A stretch of 64,000 nucleotides of DNA from Moniliella sp. 'wahieum' (taxonomy: Eukaryota): contig RSEE01000038.1 of assembly GCA_003971905.1 (NCBI GenBank), forward strand, positions 496,001-560,000, given 5' to 3'. The position numbers and the translations under genes are program-made. Shown piece after piece: positions 35,104 to 48,300 of this stretch. Below the pieces are notes generated by a model, which worked only from the letters and a program-made list of their open reading frames with translations, searched no databases and was not told where the DNA came from. The first letter of the stretch is position 1; each line of letters begins with the position of its first letter.

Positions 35104-38100
35104 ATGAGCGCCATGAGCGTTGATTCGCCTTCACCGGCGCCTGCCGGCATCGATGAGAGCCTGTATAGCCGCCAGCTCTATGTACTTGGCCGCGAAGCCA
35201 TGCAGCGCATGGCTGCCAGCAATGTGCTCATTGTCGGCCTCAAGGGCTCGGCGCTGAAATCGGTATGTCGTTTCTCCCTGTTTCCAGCTTGCGGCCGCCA
35301 CTCAGGAATCTGACCATTGCTGTATGTTGGACTCGATGATGAACAGCCAAAAACGTTGCCCTGGCCGGTGTCAAATCGGTAACGATCTACGACCCGACCC
35401 CCGTCACGATCCAGGACTTGGCTTCCCAGTTCTTCCTCCGCCCTCTGATGTGGGCACAGGCAAGACCCGTGCTGAAGCCACTGCTCCCCGCCTTGCTGAG
35501 CTTAACAGCTACGTTCCCGTTCGCATTCTGGATGCGCCCACATTGGGTGCTCAAGCCCTGTCCCAGTTCCAGGTACGTCCTAACACCCTACACGTGATCG
35601 GTCACCCTCCACCTTAGCAGTACTGACTGGTTCGTATGTGCAGGTGATTGTCGTGACGGATGCCCCGCTCTCTCGTCAGATTGAACTCAACAACATTGCC
35701 CGTAGTGTGGGGGCGAGCTTTATTGCGGCCGATGCGCGGGGTCTGTTTGGCTCAGCCTTCTGTGACTTTGGTCCCGACTTTGTCTGCAACGACACGAACG
35801 GCCAGCCACCCCTGCACGGCATGGTGACCTCGATCGACAAGGACCAGAAGGGTCTGGTGACGACGTTGGACGAGACGCGGCATGGCCTGTCAGATGGGGA
35901 CTACGTGACCTTCTCGGAAGTGCAAGGTCTCAAAGGGATCAACGATGCCGGCCCGTTCAAGGTCACTGTTGTTGGCCCCTACTCGTTTGAGATTGGTGAC
36001 ACGACTGGGTTTGAAGGGGAATACGAACGGGAAGGGACCTTCCAACAGGTCAAGATGCCCGAGACGATTCACTTCAAGCCTTTGGAGGAGAGCATTAAAC
36101 AGCCCGAGTTCCTTATCACCGATTTTGCCAAGTTTGAACGGCCCAACACGATCCACACTGCTTTCCAAGCCCTGGGGGCTTTCCAAGACGCCAAGGCCGT
36201 CTGCCCTTTCCCCGCAATTCACAAGACGCCAATGTAGTCCTCGCTCTTGCGAAAGAAATTTGGGCCAAGGCTGGACGCGAAGATGAGTTGGAAGAGAAGG
36301 TTGTCCTTGAACTTGCCAAGCAGGCTCGTGGTGACCTGTCCCCCATTGTAGCATTTGTTGGTGGGTTTGTCGGGCAAGAGGTGCTGAAGGCTGTGAGTGG
36401 AAAATTCCACCCGCTGGTGCAGCACCTCTACATTGACACGCTCGAGGCTCTGCCTCTCAACATTGACGAGCTCCCCGAGTCGGAGTTTGAGCCTATGGGC
36501 ACGCGATACGACTCCCAGATTGGTGTCTTTGGTAAGACGTTCCAGACCAAGCTGAGCAATGCTCGTCAGTTCCTTGTGGGTTCAGGTGCGATTGGGTGCG
36601 AAATGCTCAAGAACTGGGCCATGATGGGTCTCGCGACTGGGCCAGAAGGCGCAATCCACGTGACAGACAATGACCAGATTGAGAAGTCCAACTTGAACCG
36701 TCAATTCCTCTTCCGTCCTAAGGATGTGGGCAAGTTCAAGGCCGAGACCGCGGCTGCGGCTGTTATTGAGATGAATCCCGACCTCACTGGGAAAATTCAA
36801 GCAAGCGAGGTGCGGGTGGGGACTGAGTCGGAGGACGTGTACGGGGATGAGTTTTTTGCCCGTCTGACTGGGGTGACGAACGCCTTGGACAATGTTCAAG
36901 CGCGGCAGTACATGGACCGTCGGGTGTGTACTATGAGAAGCCTCTCCTTGAGTCGGGGACGTTGGGCACTCAACTCAACACCCAGGTTGTCGTGTCACGT
37001 GACGGAGAGCTACTCGTCTTCGCAAGATCCGCCTGAGAAGTCGATCCCCATGTGCACGCTCAAGAACTTCCCAACGCGATTGAGCACACGATCGCCTGGG
37101 CGAGAGAAGTTTGATGAATTCTTTGTCAAGCCGGCGCAGAACGTCAACCAGTACCTCACTACGCCCGACTATGTCAACTCGACCCTGCTTCATTCCGGCA
37201 GCGTGATTAGCCAGAAGGAGCAGATTTCCCAAATTAAGGACTCCTTGTGGACGAGAAGCCGCTTTCGTTTGCGGCGTGCGTCAAGTGGGCCCGTTTCAAG
37301 TTTGAGGATGACTTTGTCAACACGATCAAGCAGCTCTTGTTCTCCCTTCCTCCCGATGCACGGACGAGCACGGGCCAGTTGTTCTGGTCGGGCCCTAAGC
37401 GTGCTCCCAAGGCACTCGAGTTTGACCCCAACAATGACCTTCATCTTGGCTTCGTGATTGCTGCCGCCCAACCTGCACGCGGAGAACTATGGCCTGAAGG
37501 GGGAGAGGAACCCCGAGGTGTTTAAGCGCATCCTGGCCGACGTGCACGTCCCCGCTTTTGAGCCCAAGCAACGTCAAAGTGCAGACGAATGACAATGAGC
37601 CCGCTCCTGCGGCTGGGGGAGAAGGGGAGGACCCGACGGAGGAGGAGATTGTGGAAATTGCCAGTCAACTTCCTTCGCCAGCGTCCTTGGCCGGCTACCG
37701 CCTCACCCCAGCCGAGTTTGAGAAGGATGTGGATGAGAACTTCCACATTGACTTTATTGCGGCCGCGGCCAATCTGCGTGCGGAGAACTACAGCATCCCG
37801 ATTGCGGACCGGCTCAAGATCAAGGGGATCGCCGGCAAGATCATCCCTGCGCTGATTACGAGCACGAGTGTCGCGTCGGGATTGGTGTCGGTGGAGCTGT
37901 ACAAATTGATTGACGATGGTGTTGTGGAAGGCTCGTCGGACCCGCGCAAGCGTCGGCGTACGATTGAGGACTACAAGAACACGTTTGTCAATTTGGCGTT
38001 GCCCTTTGTGGCGTCGTCGGAGCCGATTGCGCCGTCGAAGAACAAGTACTACGACAAGGAGTGGACGCTGTGGGACCGGTTTACCATCCCGGGCAATCCT

Positions 38101-38358
38101 ACGCTGCAGCAGCTGATTGACGAGTTTGAAGCCAAGAGAAGCTGGAGATCTCGATGGTGTCGTCGGGGGTGTCGATGCTGTTTTCTCCGTTTGCCAAGGA
38201 CCGCAAGGAACGGCTGGGCATGACGATTGCGCAGATGATCGAACACGTGTCCAAGAAACCATCCCGCCCCACGTGCACTGGGTCGTGGTCGAGGTGATGG
38301 GGACGATGAGAATGGGGAGGATGTCGAGATCCCCTTCTTGAACGTCCAAGTGGCGTAA
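35104..38358 (+). CDS. UBA1: Ubiquitin-activating enzyme E1; introns 35263-35346 and 35573-35643; frameshifted
   Basis: [51 protein letters not shown], catalytic [33 protein letters not shown]. Confidence 0.98.
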
Positions 38359-39971
38359 GGTTGGAGCAGCAGCAGCGCTGCTCCCCACCTCTCTCGGCTG
38401 TGGGCGGGGGGAGTAATCGGATATATCTGACTAGTGTGCGACCCCAACGTGCTCGACACGGGGGGGGGGGATCTCGTAGCGTACACCTTAACCTACTCGT
38501 AGTCGCCCGAACCACACGCGCTGGTGTGTGCGGTGTGCGGTGCAAAAAATCAGCCATTCGGCAGTGATGTGATGAGTGGGTAGCGGTACGCCGTTCCGCG
38601 TGGTGCCAGTGCGACGGCCATTCCTGTATTCTTGCTATGGAGGGATGGGTGGGATGTGATGAGACCAATGGCGGGAGATACTGGGTGATGGATGGGATCG
38701 GGACAGCACCTCGGGCCAAAACGGGCTGCGACAGGCCCCCACCGGCCACCCGCTCGGCCGTCCGACGGTCCGCCGCGGAGTTTCGGGCCGCAGCAGTGCC
38801 GCAGCAGAGGATGGAGCCAGCGTGGCGTTGGATTGCCGGTTGGGCCACGTGCCGCTCCTTCCCCGCCTGTCTACTAGCATAAGTGTACTGCGTTGGGACG
38901 TACATGGGTCGGGCGTGCCTGGGGATGAATATGAATGCAAGGCCCAAGGACCGGCATGCCGGATTTTACACCAACCCAGAACCCAGGTGGTCGTTGGGCA
39001 CACATGAGTCATGCCCATGATCATGTGTTGGCCTAGGGAGCCGGACGGGCAGAAGGATGAGGAGAAGGTGATGGATTGGAGCCAGAGTTGGGTCTGGGTA
39101 CAGAGGCATCTAATAGGAGGGACTAGGCACAGGGACAGTGAGTCACACAGGAGAGAGTGCAGGGCACAGGGACAGTGACACGAGGGACGTCAGCGGTGGA
39201 AGCCGATGGAACCGAGGCGAACCTGGTCTACCGACTGGGAGCCAGAGGATCACAGTAAACACCCCCGCTGGCCAGGGAACCCGGAGACATCGGTTGTGGG
39301 ATGAGCCTGCCAGTGGATGTAGAGAGGGGAGGACTTGAGTGGCAACCGGGACGAATGGCCTGGAGTTGGGCAGGCCACACGACTGGCCTACACCCCGCGG
39401 CCAGGATGACACCTGAACGAGCGAGCGCTTGTGGTTGGTGTATTGTGCGACCGCCAGATGCTTGTAGAGTCTTAGAAGTAAAGTAGTAGGGTTGCGCCCC
39501 GAAGCGATTTGGTGGCAAAAGTAAAAAGCACCAGTTATAGGTGTAGTGAAAGAAAATTGGAAACTTGGAGTAAATGCGGTCCAAGGTCGTTTGGCATCAA
39601 AATTGGATGCGTTTTGGTAGTTGTTTGGTTCGCATGATGTTGCCAGTGGGGGCCATTGGGCATGGGAAATGAACGGGCGCTATGCGTCAACCGTCTTGAT
39701 CTGTTTGGGTTCTCTTTGTTGTTGAAAAAGAGGAGTGGAAGAAGTTGGGTGACCACCCCCCCCATCCTTTCCCAGGTGCCCCGGATGAATTGGCAATCCG
39801 GGGCGTGTAGCCGTGGGTGGGGCACTTGATGAGCAGCCACCCCCGCTTTCTGCGATTCGCCTGCGCCGTTTTGTCGTTGGAGGAATTTCGTCTCGTTGAC
39901 GATACCCGACACGTTTTGTTCCGTCGTGTGTTGTCCCTAAAAATCATTGCCCCATCTGTGGGGGACGAGTG

Positions 39972-40031
39972 TGCCGATTGTGGCGGTAGTATGCCGATTG
40001 TGGCGGTAGTATGCCGATTGTGGCGGTAGTA
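39972..40031. repeat. 20-bp minisatellite TGCCGATTGTGGCGGTAGTA x3
   Basis: Three tandem copies directly visible. Confidence 0.9.
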
Positions 40032-40996
40032 TTGTTGGCCTAGGGAGCCGGACGGGCAGAAGGATGAGGAGAAGGTGATGGATTGGAGCCAGAGTTGGGT
40101 CTGGGTACAGAGGCATCTATATAGGAGGCTGGACTAGGCACAGGGACAGTGAGTCACACAGGAGAGAGTGCAGGGCACAGGGACAGTGACACGCAGGGAC
40201 GTCAGCGTGGAAGCCGATGGAACCGAGGCGAACCTGGTCTACCGACTGGGAGCCAGAGGATCACAGTCAACACCCCCGCTGGCCAGGGAACCCGGAGACA
40301 TCGGTTGTGGGATGAGCTCCTGCCAGTGGATGTAGAGAGGGGAGGACTTGAGTGGCAACCGGGACGAATGGCCTGGAGTTGTGCATGGCCACACGACTGG
40401 CCTACACCCCCGCTGTCCAGGATGACACCTGAACGAGCCGAGCGCTTGTGGTTGGTGTATTGTGCGACCGCCAGATGCTTGTAGAAGTCTTAGAAGTAAA
40501 AGTAGTAGGGGTTGCGCCCCGAAGCGATTTGGTGGGCAAAAGTAAAAAGCACCAGTTATAGGTGTAGTGTGAAAGAAAATTGGAAACTTGGAGTAAATGC
40601 GGTCCAAGGTCGTTTGGCATCAAAATTGGATGCGTTTGGTAGTTGTTTGGTTCCGCATGCCTGGTGCCAGTGGGGTCCATTGGGCATGGGAAATGAACGG
40701 GCGCTATGCGTCAACCGTCTTGATCTGTTTGGGTTCTCTTTGTTGTTGAAAAGAGGAGTGGAAGAAGTTGGGTGACCACCCCCCCCCATCCTTTCCCCAG
40801 GTGCCCCGGATGAATTGGCAATCCGGGGCGTGTAGCCGTGGGTGGGGCACTTGATGAGCAGCCACCCCCGCTTTCTGCGATTCGCCTGCGCCGTTTTGTC
40901 GTTGGAGGAATTTCGTCTCGTTGACGATACCCGACACGTTTTGTTCCGTCGTGTGTTGTCCCTAAAAATCATTGCCCCATCTGTGGGGGACGAGTG

Positions 40997-41073
40997 TGCC
41001 GATTGTGGCGGTAGTATGCCGATTGTGGCGGTAGTATGCCGATTGTGGCGGTAAGGTGCCGATTGTGGCGGTG
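40997..41073. repeat. 20-bp minisatellite TGCCGATTGTGGCGGTAGTA, about x4
   Basis: Four tandem copies, the last two diverging. Confidence 0.9.
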
Positions 41074-44045
41074 GTTGTTGGGCGGGAGGACGGGTGTGTC
41101 TTGTGGGCTTGGCGGCTTAGCTTGGGCTTGTAGGCTTGGGGGTGGGCTTGCTTGAAGAGCGCTCCCCTTCCGGGGGGATCAGATTGTAGCTCTGTTGGCC
41201 TAGGGAGCCGGACGGGCAGAAGGATGAGGAGAAGGTGATGGATTGGAGCCAGAGTTGGGTCTGGGTACAGAGGCATCTATAGGAGGCTGGACTAGGCACA
41301 GGGACAGTGAGTCACACAGGAGAGAGTGCAGGGCACAGGGACAGTGACACGCAGGGACGTCAGCGTGGAAGCCGATGGAACCGAGGCGAACCTGGTCTAC
41401 CGACTGGGAGCCAGAGGATCACAGTCAACATCATGTACCTCCGGGGACACTTCGTGCGGTCAGGTCCCGTACCAACCTGTGCACGCGGCTGCGTGCGGTG
41501 GAAAAGGGGAAAAGGGAAGCAGAGGGGGGGAAGACAGTCTTTAATCCTTACAGTCATATGTTAGGTATGAATCATCAAAACATTCGACCGTTCGTTGAAC
41601 GTGGAATACGAGTTGAATATACGAGTTGAATAGGCGTTGAATGTAGAACGTTCGGCCCGAGGGTACGTTTTTGGCACCAAATCGCACTGTGACAAACGCT
41701 CGGCATCAAAAGCTGCTAGCGTCTCAAGCTCTCAGACTTTAAACGCTTGCCAATAAGTGAACGTCGTGACCGTGAACCGTGAACCGTGGAGGAACCAACT
41801 GGTCGATGACCCGTGGACGTGAACGTCTTCGTGAACGTTGAACGTTCGACTCGTGGTCCGTGGCGCGTGAACGGTTCGCGTGAACGGTTGCCGTGAACGG
41901 TTCGCTTGAACGTTCAGTTGAACTGGCACCAGATACAAATACAAAAACGTTCAACCAACGCTCTCACGCTCTCACGCTCACGAGCACGTTCGTTGCTATA
42001 CTGTGACGACTGCAGTGACTCTACTGTCTCCATGGCATCTAGCTTGGACGCGGTTTTGACACGATGACCCAAACGCGATGAGACGACGCGGGCAGCCAGG
42101 AGAGGCCAGGGTGCCAGGGTGGCCTGAGGGCCTTAGGGCGTGATCTGACTAGTGACGTCCATGCCTGTGACATGTGCATGCGATGCCGCGGCTGGCTGAT
42201 GCACTGTATCATCCGCATCGCATCAGTTGTTAGTGGCATTGCGAGAGCAGTGTCGAGAGCGGCTGGCACGAGGACTGGTATAGGTCTCTATAGGAACGCG
42301 TATGCTCTATCGGAGGGCAGACAAGCGCCCGCCGCGCGGCAGACGCCTTCTTTTCGACTTTTCGACGGCGCCTTTCTCGGTGGCTCCTGTCGATGAGGGG
42401 AGTACGACCGATTTTCTCCCAAAACATTCTCACGTTTCTATTTCTATTGCCGGTCTCATTTTTATTCTCACTAATCGATAATCATTGCGGCCGCGGGGTG
42501 CATCTGCCGACAGGGGACGCGGCCAGGGGCCACTCCGATCGTCCCCTTAAAGGAAAGGGAGGGAAAATCCATCATCACCGGCCGGTCATCCGGGAAGAAA
42601 GGAAGAACATTGCCTCCGAGCAGCACAACAGCAATAGCAACATGCCCCCCTGCTCATCAGGCGCCTTAACAAAAGCGTGTTGAGGATGCTGACTGCACCT
42701 ACTGTTCGTTCTCGTTGTAAGTTTCTCCTCTTGTCTAATCGATCTAATCGACAATCGATACTCGAGAATCCCCATCGCACGGGCATCAAGTTTGACAGAG
42801 CAAAGCAGACAAACGAGGCGAAGGCTGCGAAGCGCCGCGGCGCTAAGAAGATCATCTGAGATCTGATGGCGGTACAGAGTAGGGATTAAGAATCGATTGG
42901 TTCGATTGAAGATTGGTTCGATTGGTTCGATGATTCGTGACTAATGGATGATGAGACTCGGTCATGGCGTTTATACATCCAACCAGCGAGAATGGCGAAA
43001 ATCGCGATTTGGGTGCGAGTTCGAATGGAATATTGACGAGAACACAAGTCCGTCGGTTCTGCCAACAGCGCCGGCCACACGCTTCTCTCGGGGTCTGCAA
43101 AAGGGTCTGGCGGGGGGTGGACATTGTTGCACGCACGGTGGATGTGGTCGGGAAGGGAGGGCGAAGGGTGAAGCTGAAGCTGAAGCTTGCAGAAACCAAC
43201 ACGGCCGAGGGAAGGATTCGTTGCATAGGCTTTGACGCCGCGGATATGTCACGTCAACAGGTCAGCCACAGCTGCGCCCGCCGCTGCTCTGCCCCGCGTT
43301 CGGTCCCCTGGCCGACCACAGTGCATCCGTGTGACACGTGACGCGTGACAGGTGACTGCACACACGGGACTGGCAGGACACGTTTCCCCGGCCGGCACAG
43401 GGGGGCAGCGGCGGGTCGGACATCGATCATCGATTCGGAGGAGCGATTAGCGATTAGCGCATTCGGAGAGTCCCACCGACTAGTCACGAGTGGTTACCGG
43501 TTACCGCTCGTAGCTCGATGGGGCTACGCCTGGCTACGCGCATTGCGTGCACTCACAGGCCCGCCCCCCGTCAGCGTGACGGCGACGGTGACGGCGACGG
43601 TGACTGCTACGGTGACCGATGGCCGCGGCGAGCGGTGAGCGTCACGCCGGCTGGCCGTCCCCACCTCGGACCGTGGCGGGCGGCGGTGCGGCGGGCGCGG
43701 CCGCATGACTGGCGCCGTGCCTGCACCCCCACGCCGCCGTTCCGGCCGGTCCACGGAGAGTGCCTCGGGCGTATTCGGTGGTAGCAGCCCAGCGCGGCCG
43801 CTCAACCCAGGGCCTGCTGCCCAAAAGTGTCATATATCGCTTGCCGTAGCCTAGCTTACGCTGCCCTGCCCGATCCTGTCCTGCCGCTGCCCCCTTCCCC
43901 CTCCCCGTGGATCCAGCCGCTGCTGCGTTTTGCTTCGCCAGTGGGGTTAGTTTAGTTGGTTCTTGTCTGCCGTGCTTCCTTCCCGCCCCACCATCTGCCC
44001 GCGGCTGCTGCGTCCCCCAACCCCTGTGCGCCCCGGCTCTGGACC

Positions 44046-45362
44046 ATGCTCTGCTCGCCCTCGGTGCGCACCCACCAGCCCTCCCACGCCTCCGCCTCCG
44101 CCCACGCCCAGACCCTCTCCTGCCTCGACCACCCCGTCTCGCCGCCGACGACGCTCATCGACGACGCCTCGACCCCCCCCACGTCGATGGGCTGGCTGTC
44201 TCCCATCGACGACGGACGCTTTGCCAAGGCCTCCATCGGTTCTGCCTCCCCCCACTCTACCCCTGCTCTGTCAAGCTCTACGAGCCTCGCCAACCTAAGC
44301 CCCGACCTGTTTGCTCCTCTGCCCGAGATGCCTCCGTCGCAGTTGGACGAGGCGTACTATGGCATGCCAGCCTCCAACCCTCCTTCTTTCAGCGCCCTGC
44401 TCCAATCCACCAACCCGTTCCTGCCCACTTCCGCCCCTGGCTCGGCCGCGCGCAGAACACGATAAATGCGTGGGACCTCATGTTTACCGGAACCGGTACC
44501 GGAACTTCCCCGGCGGATACCATTCCTACAGTGCCTCTGAACACCTCGTTGGCCCCGGGCTTTTCCGACGCTTGCGCCGCGCCTCCCTCGGCGTTTAGCG
44601 TGCCCACCCCGTTCTCAGGCTGCTGCTGCTTCCCTCCGCTGCAGGTGCAACCGTCGAGCGAGCGAGTTGGTTGACGTACGTTGCGTTCCGACTCTCCTCC
44701 CCCCCCCCTCATCGCCTTTTGTTGTGGGTGGGGTGGCGTGCTCCGATGTGCCAGCTAAGACTGACCTCTTTTCTTTTCTCTTATTCTTTTCTTTTTAGTC
44801 ATGGCAAGAAACACTCGACCCACCTCCTGTCACCACCTTGCCTCGTGCTACTGCGCCCTTCTCAGCCGAACCCGTCACTGCCTCCGTCAAACCGTTCAGT
44901 CTCATCGATTCGCCCGCCAAAGGGGACGAGGAATGGTCGGACCCCACCCCTGGCCAGTGGCCCTGCCGGTGCGGCGCCCAGCTCGCCGGGGGCGCAATCG
45001 GACGTGCGTGCCAGTCCGGCAGCCGAGACGGGGGGCAGCAAGCCCGCTGGCCCGGCCAAGCGGAAAGCGCGACGGACCAAAACGGTACGGTCGCCGCGCC
45101 GCGCCGGCGGAACCAGGAAGCACGGTTTCCCTGTCCGAAATGTGGCAAGGTGTTTACGCGCAACTACAACCGTTTGGCGCACGAGACGATCCATGAGCCC
45201 GACCATCCTCGCCCGTTTGTCTGTCCCGACGCGTCGTGCAACAAGGCGTTTGCACGCAAGTACGATGCCCGACGACATTACCGTCTCCACATCCTCCGTG
45301 ACGGCGCGCCGCTGGAATGGGTCGAACGGATTGTGGATGGCCGTCGGGCCTCCAAGCCTTAA
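44046..45362 (+). CDS. C2H2 zinc-finger transcription factor with two fingers (Crz1-like finger type); intron about 44676-44798; frameshifted
   Basis: FPCPKCGKVFTRNYNRLAHETIH-EPDHPRP-FVCPDASCNKAFARKYDARRHYRLH. S/P-rich N-terminus. Intron with CTGAC and a polypyrimidine tract. Confidence 0.88.
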
Positions 45363-48300
45363 TCCTTCCCCTTGGCCCTCGTTCCACCCATCTCGCCGGG
45401 CATGGGCATTCTGGTCATCGAGCAAGACTGTTTTTTCTTTTCTTTTTTCTTTTTTCCCCTTTCCCCACGGACTTTCCCCGATTCATACATGGGCTTACAT
45501 GCGCTTCTATGGCACACATTGGCGCGAGACGCGGATGGACGATGGACTGATGATCGATTCAAGATCGGAGAAGACCAAGGTGTTGGTGTTGGTGTCACAT
45601 GTCATGCTCATGACACTGGGTTTCGTTGGGGCCTGGGCAGGTGGCAGGTGGTATGCAGCGTGCCGCGTCACGACTGTTGTGTCACGCTCCTCGGGGCGGG
45701 ATGGGCTGCGGACCCGAACGCACGCAGTCCGGCTTGGCCGTGGCATTTTGCCCCGACCCGCCCGCCTGACCGATGAATATGAATCAGCCACCAACGCCAG
45801 TGGGCTAGTGGCGTTTGCACCCGTGACGCGTGAAGCTTGACGCGGACGCTTGAAGTTGGACTTGGACCCCGTTCCTGTTGCCAGCCACATACCGTACGTC
45901 GGCTGGCTTCCCACAGCGAGGCCCGAGCTGGACCCCGGCTGAATTGTGGTTTATCCCTCGGCCCGAAAAAAAAGAAAAAGGAGTGGATCTGATTTCTCGG
46001 GGAAAGTGCAACGTGGGGCACGAGACACCCATCCCATCGTTCTTTCCTCGATTCTTTGCCAAGCGTGTGCTCTCTTCTCTTCTTTTCTTCTTTCCTTCCC
46101 GCGGACGCCTGCGGCCTGCGGCCCTGCGGCGCGGCCGAATCGGTCCCGCCTGGGTTGGGGCGTTGGGTCACGGGCTTCGGCTTCTCACGAGCGTTGCATT
46201 GTACCTTGTATACCTACTGTAGTGCCGCCCAATTGTATTACCAGCTTACACCGCTTGAAGAATGACCACTCGCACACGCATTCGTACTATTATAGTCACT
46301 GGTCTTTGGTGGTTCACCGTCACGCGTCAGTCTTCAGTCGGACCTGACCGGTGCCGTAACGCAGAACGCGTAACGCGTAACGCGTAACTGGTCATCGATC
46401 ATCTCCCATTGTTGCCACGAAAGGTGCAATCGTGTGCTGGGAACGGACGGAAGGGGGCCAACGCACCAACGCTCCTTGGGGCCGGGGGGCGTCAAATGTT
46501 AAACGACAATTGGATCGGGTTCGAATTTCATCGTAGAAGCGGCCCGCGTAAGAAGGAACAGGTAAGCGTTAAGCGGTAACAGGTAGCAGGTAGCAGGTAG
46601 CAGCTAACACCAACAGCCGCACATCCACCTGGACAACTCGAACAAGGTGCAACATGCAACGTGGAGTACGCGATTGCGCCTCAAGCTCTCAAGCTGCGGC
46701 ATCCACCTGCGGCCCGTCCGAGGCGGCCGACACCAGTCACCTTCCCTGGGAAAGGTCAACACGGTAGAAAAAAGGCGGTACCAGGTCCCGTGTCTCTCTC
46801 TGATCGAACTCCATGATGCAAATCTACCCTCGATCTAACCTCCGTCCAAGCGCCGAGGACCGATGATCGATGACAGCGCCTTGCTCGACTCCGCGGCGCC
46901 CCGCGGATTGGTCAGCCCACCCGTGTCATCAGGGTCAGAGATCATGCATGCATGCGCATGTCGATCATGCATCACACGTGTCACACATGCTGCCGGTGAC
47001 TAGGTGACTGGTGCTAATGACCAAGTTAGCACGGCATCATCTTACTCGTCCTAAGGCCTAATCGATAATCGAATAATCCTCCTCGAGACTATTTGTATGG
47101 CTGTGGCGCCGCCCGGAGATGCTGCAGGGAATGCAGAGGGCCCAAGCACACGCCACCACAGCCTTCCACACCGCTGTGCACCACGCCTGTATAGCCATGC
47201 TGCGGTTATGGACGTAACATAGAATGTGGCAGGCCGACTGGGTCGGACGATCAATAAGACTGGGGCGCATTGCCTATGCGCTCGTTCTCACAAGCTAATG
47301 CGGGGGCGGCGCTTATTTTCGCCACAGGTGGGCAAGCACCAGGACCGCCGTCTAACCCCAGGCCTGCTGTATCGTCTAGCTGCCCAGTTAAACGTTAAAC
47401 GTTAACCGTACGTTAACCCCACACCCACACGCAGCTCCACGCGCGCCGGCTTAGTTGGTACCACGCACCGCTTCCGCCCCCGCGGACGTCCCGGCAACGA
47501 CGCGCCGAGGCCACGGAGGACGGAGCGCAGAGGGGCGTTCGGCGCGGCCGGGATAGAATGTGGGATGTTGCATGTCGATATTCGATGCTGGCGCGTCAGG
47601 CGCCTGGGGTTGAGCAGGGTTTCGCCAGGCAGGCGTTAGATCTTAGGCGTTGCGCCGTACGCGGTACGCGGTACAGGTATGTAGCACGGCACGGCACCTC
47701 GGCCGGCGATCCAACGGGGCGGGGCAGGCAGGCCAAGCCAATTAACGCGGGCCGCGTCGGGCGGACTATCGATTACGTGGCGCGTTTACGTTTCGCCCCC
47801 CCCTCTCCCACCGACTTTCTCCCATGGATCTCCCATCTCATCGACTCATCTCTCGCCATTGCAGCTCCCCCTGGCCACCCCTACACCCTACTCCCCCGCA
47901 CCGAGGCACGCCACCGCCGCCTCGCCCCCACACGCCCCGAGGCTGGCGCCTCTCAGCTAACATAGTGCCGCTGGCCTTGGGCGCGCCCCCGCCGCCCATC
48001 CGGCACCCCATCGGCCATCTCACATCCTACATCCTACACCCTACACCGTAGATCTTGCCCCACCTAGCCAGGAGGCCAGGCGGCGCCAGGCCCGTTAATA
48101 TACGCGCCCGTCACGCACGTCACACGACACACCTGAGCCGCACGCCTGAGCCTCAGCGCCTCACGGGGAGCGCAGCATGCAGCCCCAGCCACGCGCGGGA
48201 CGCTGTCAGGCGTGACGCAATCAGCGTTATGTGCATGTGCATGTGAGCCCGCGGGAGGAGCTCGAGGCGCGACTGTGCACAGCAGACCAAGCGTGGCGCG

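Larger units (their letters stand above)
39026..41430 (-). mobile_element. Non-autonomous LTR retroelement (TRIM/LARD-like) in tandem: LTR-internal-LTR-internal-LTR, 5-bp TSD TCATG
   Basis: Three near-identical LTRs of about 238 bp with TGTT...AACA ends (39026-39261, 40033-40272, 41193-41430). TCATG at 39021-39025 and 41431-41435. AGCGGGGG PPT-like tract precedes the LTRs on the minus strand. No RT or integrase ORF. Confidence 0.9.

Noticed and set aside
39972..41073. 20-bp repeats as a CRISPR array
   Set aside because: Units are directly adjacent with no unique spacers, the context is eukaryotic, and there are no cas genes.
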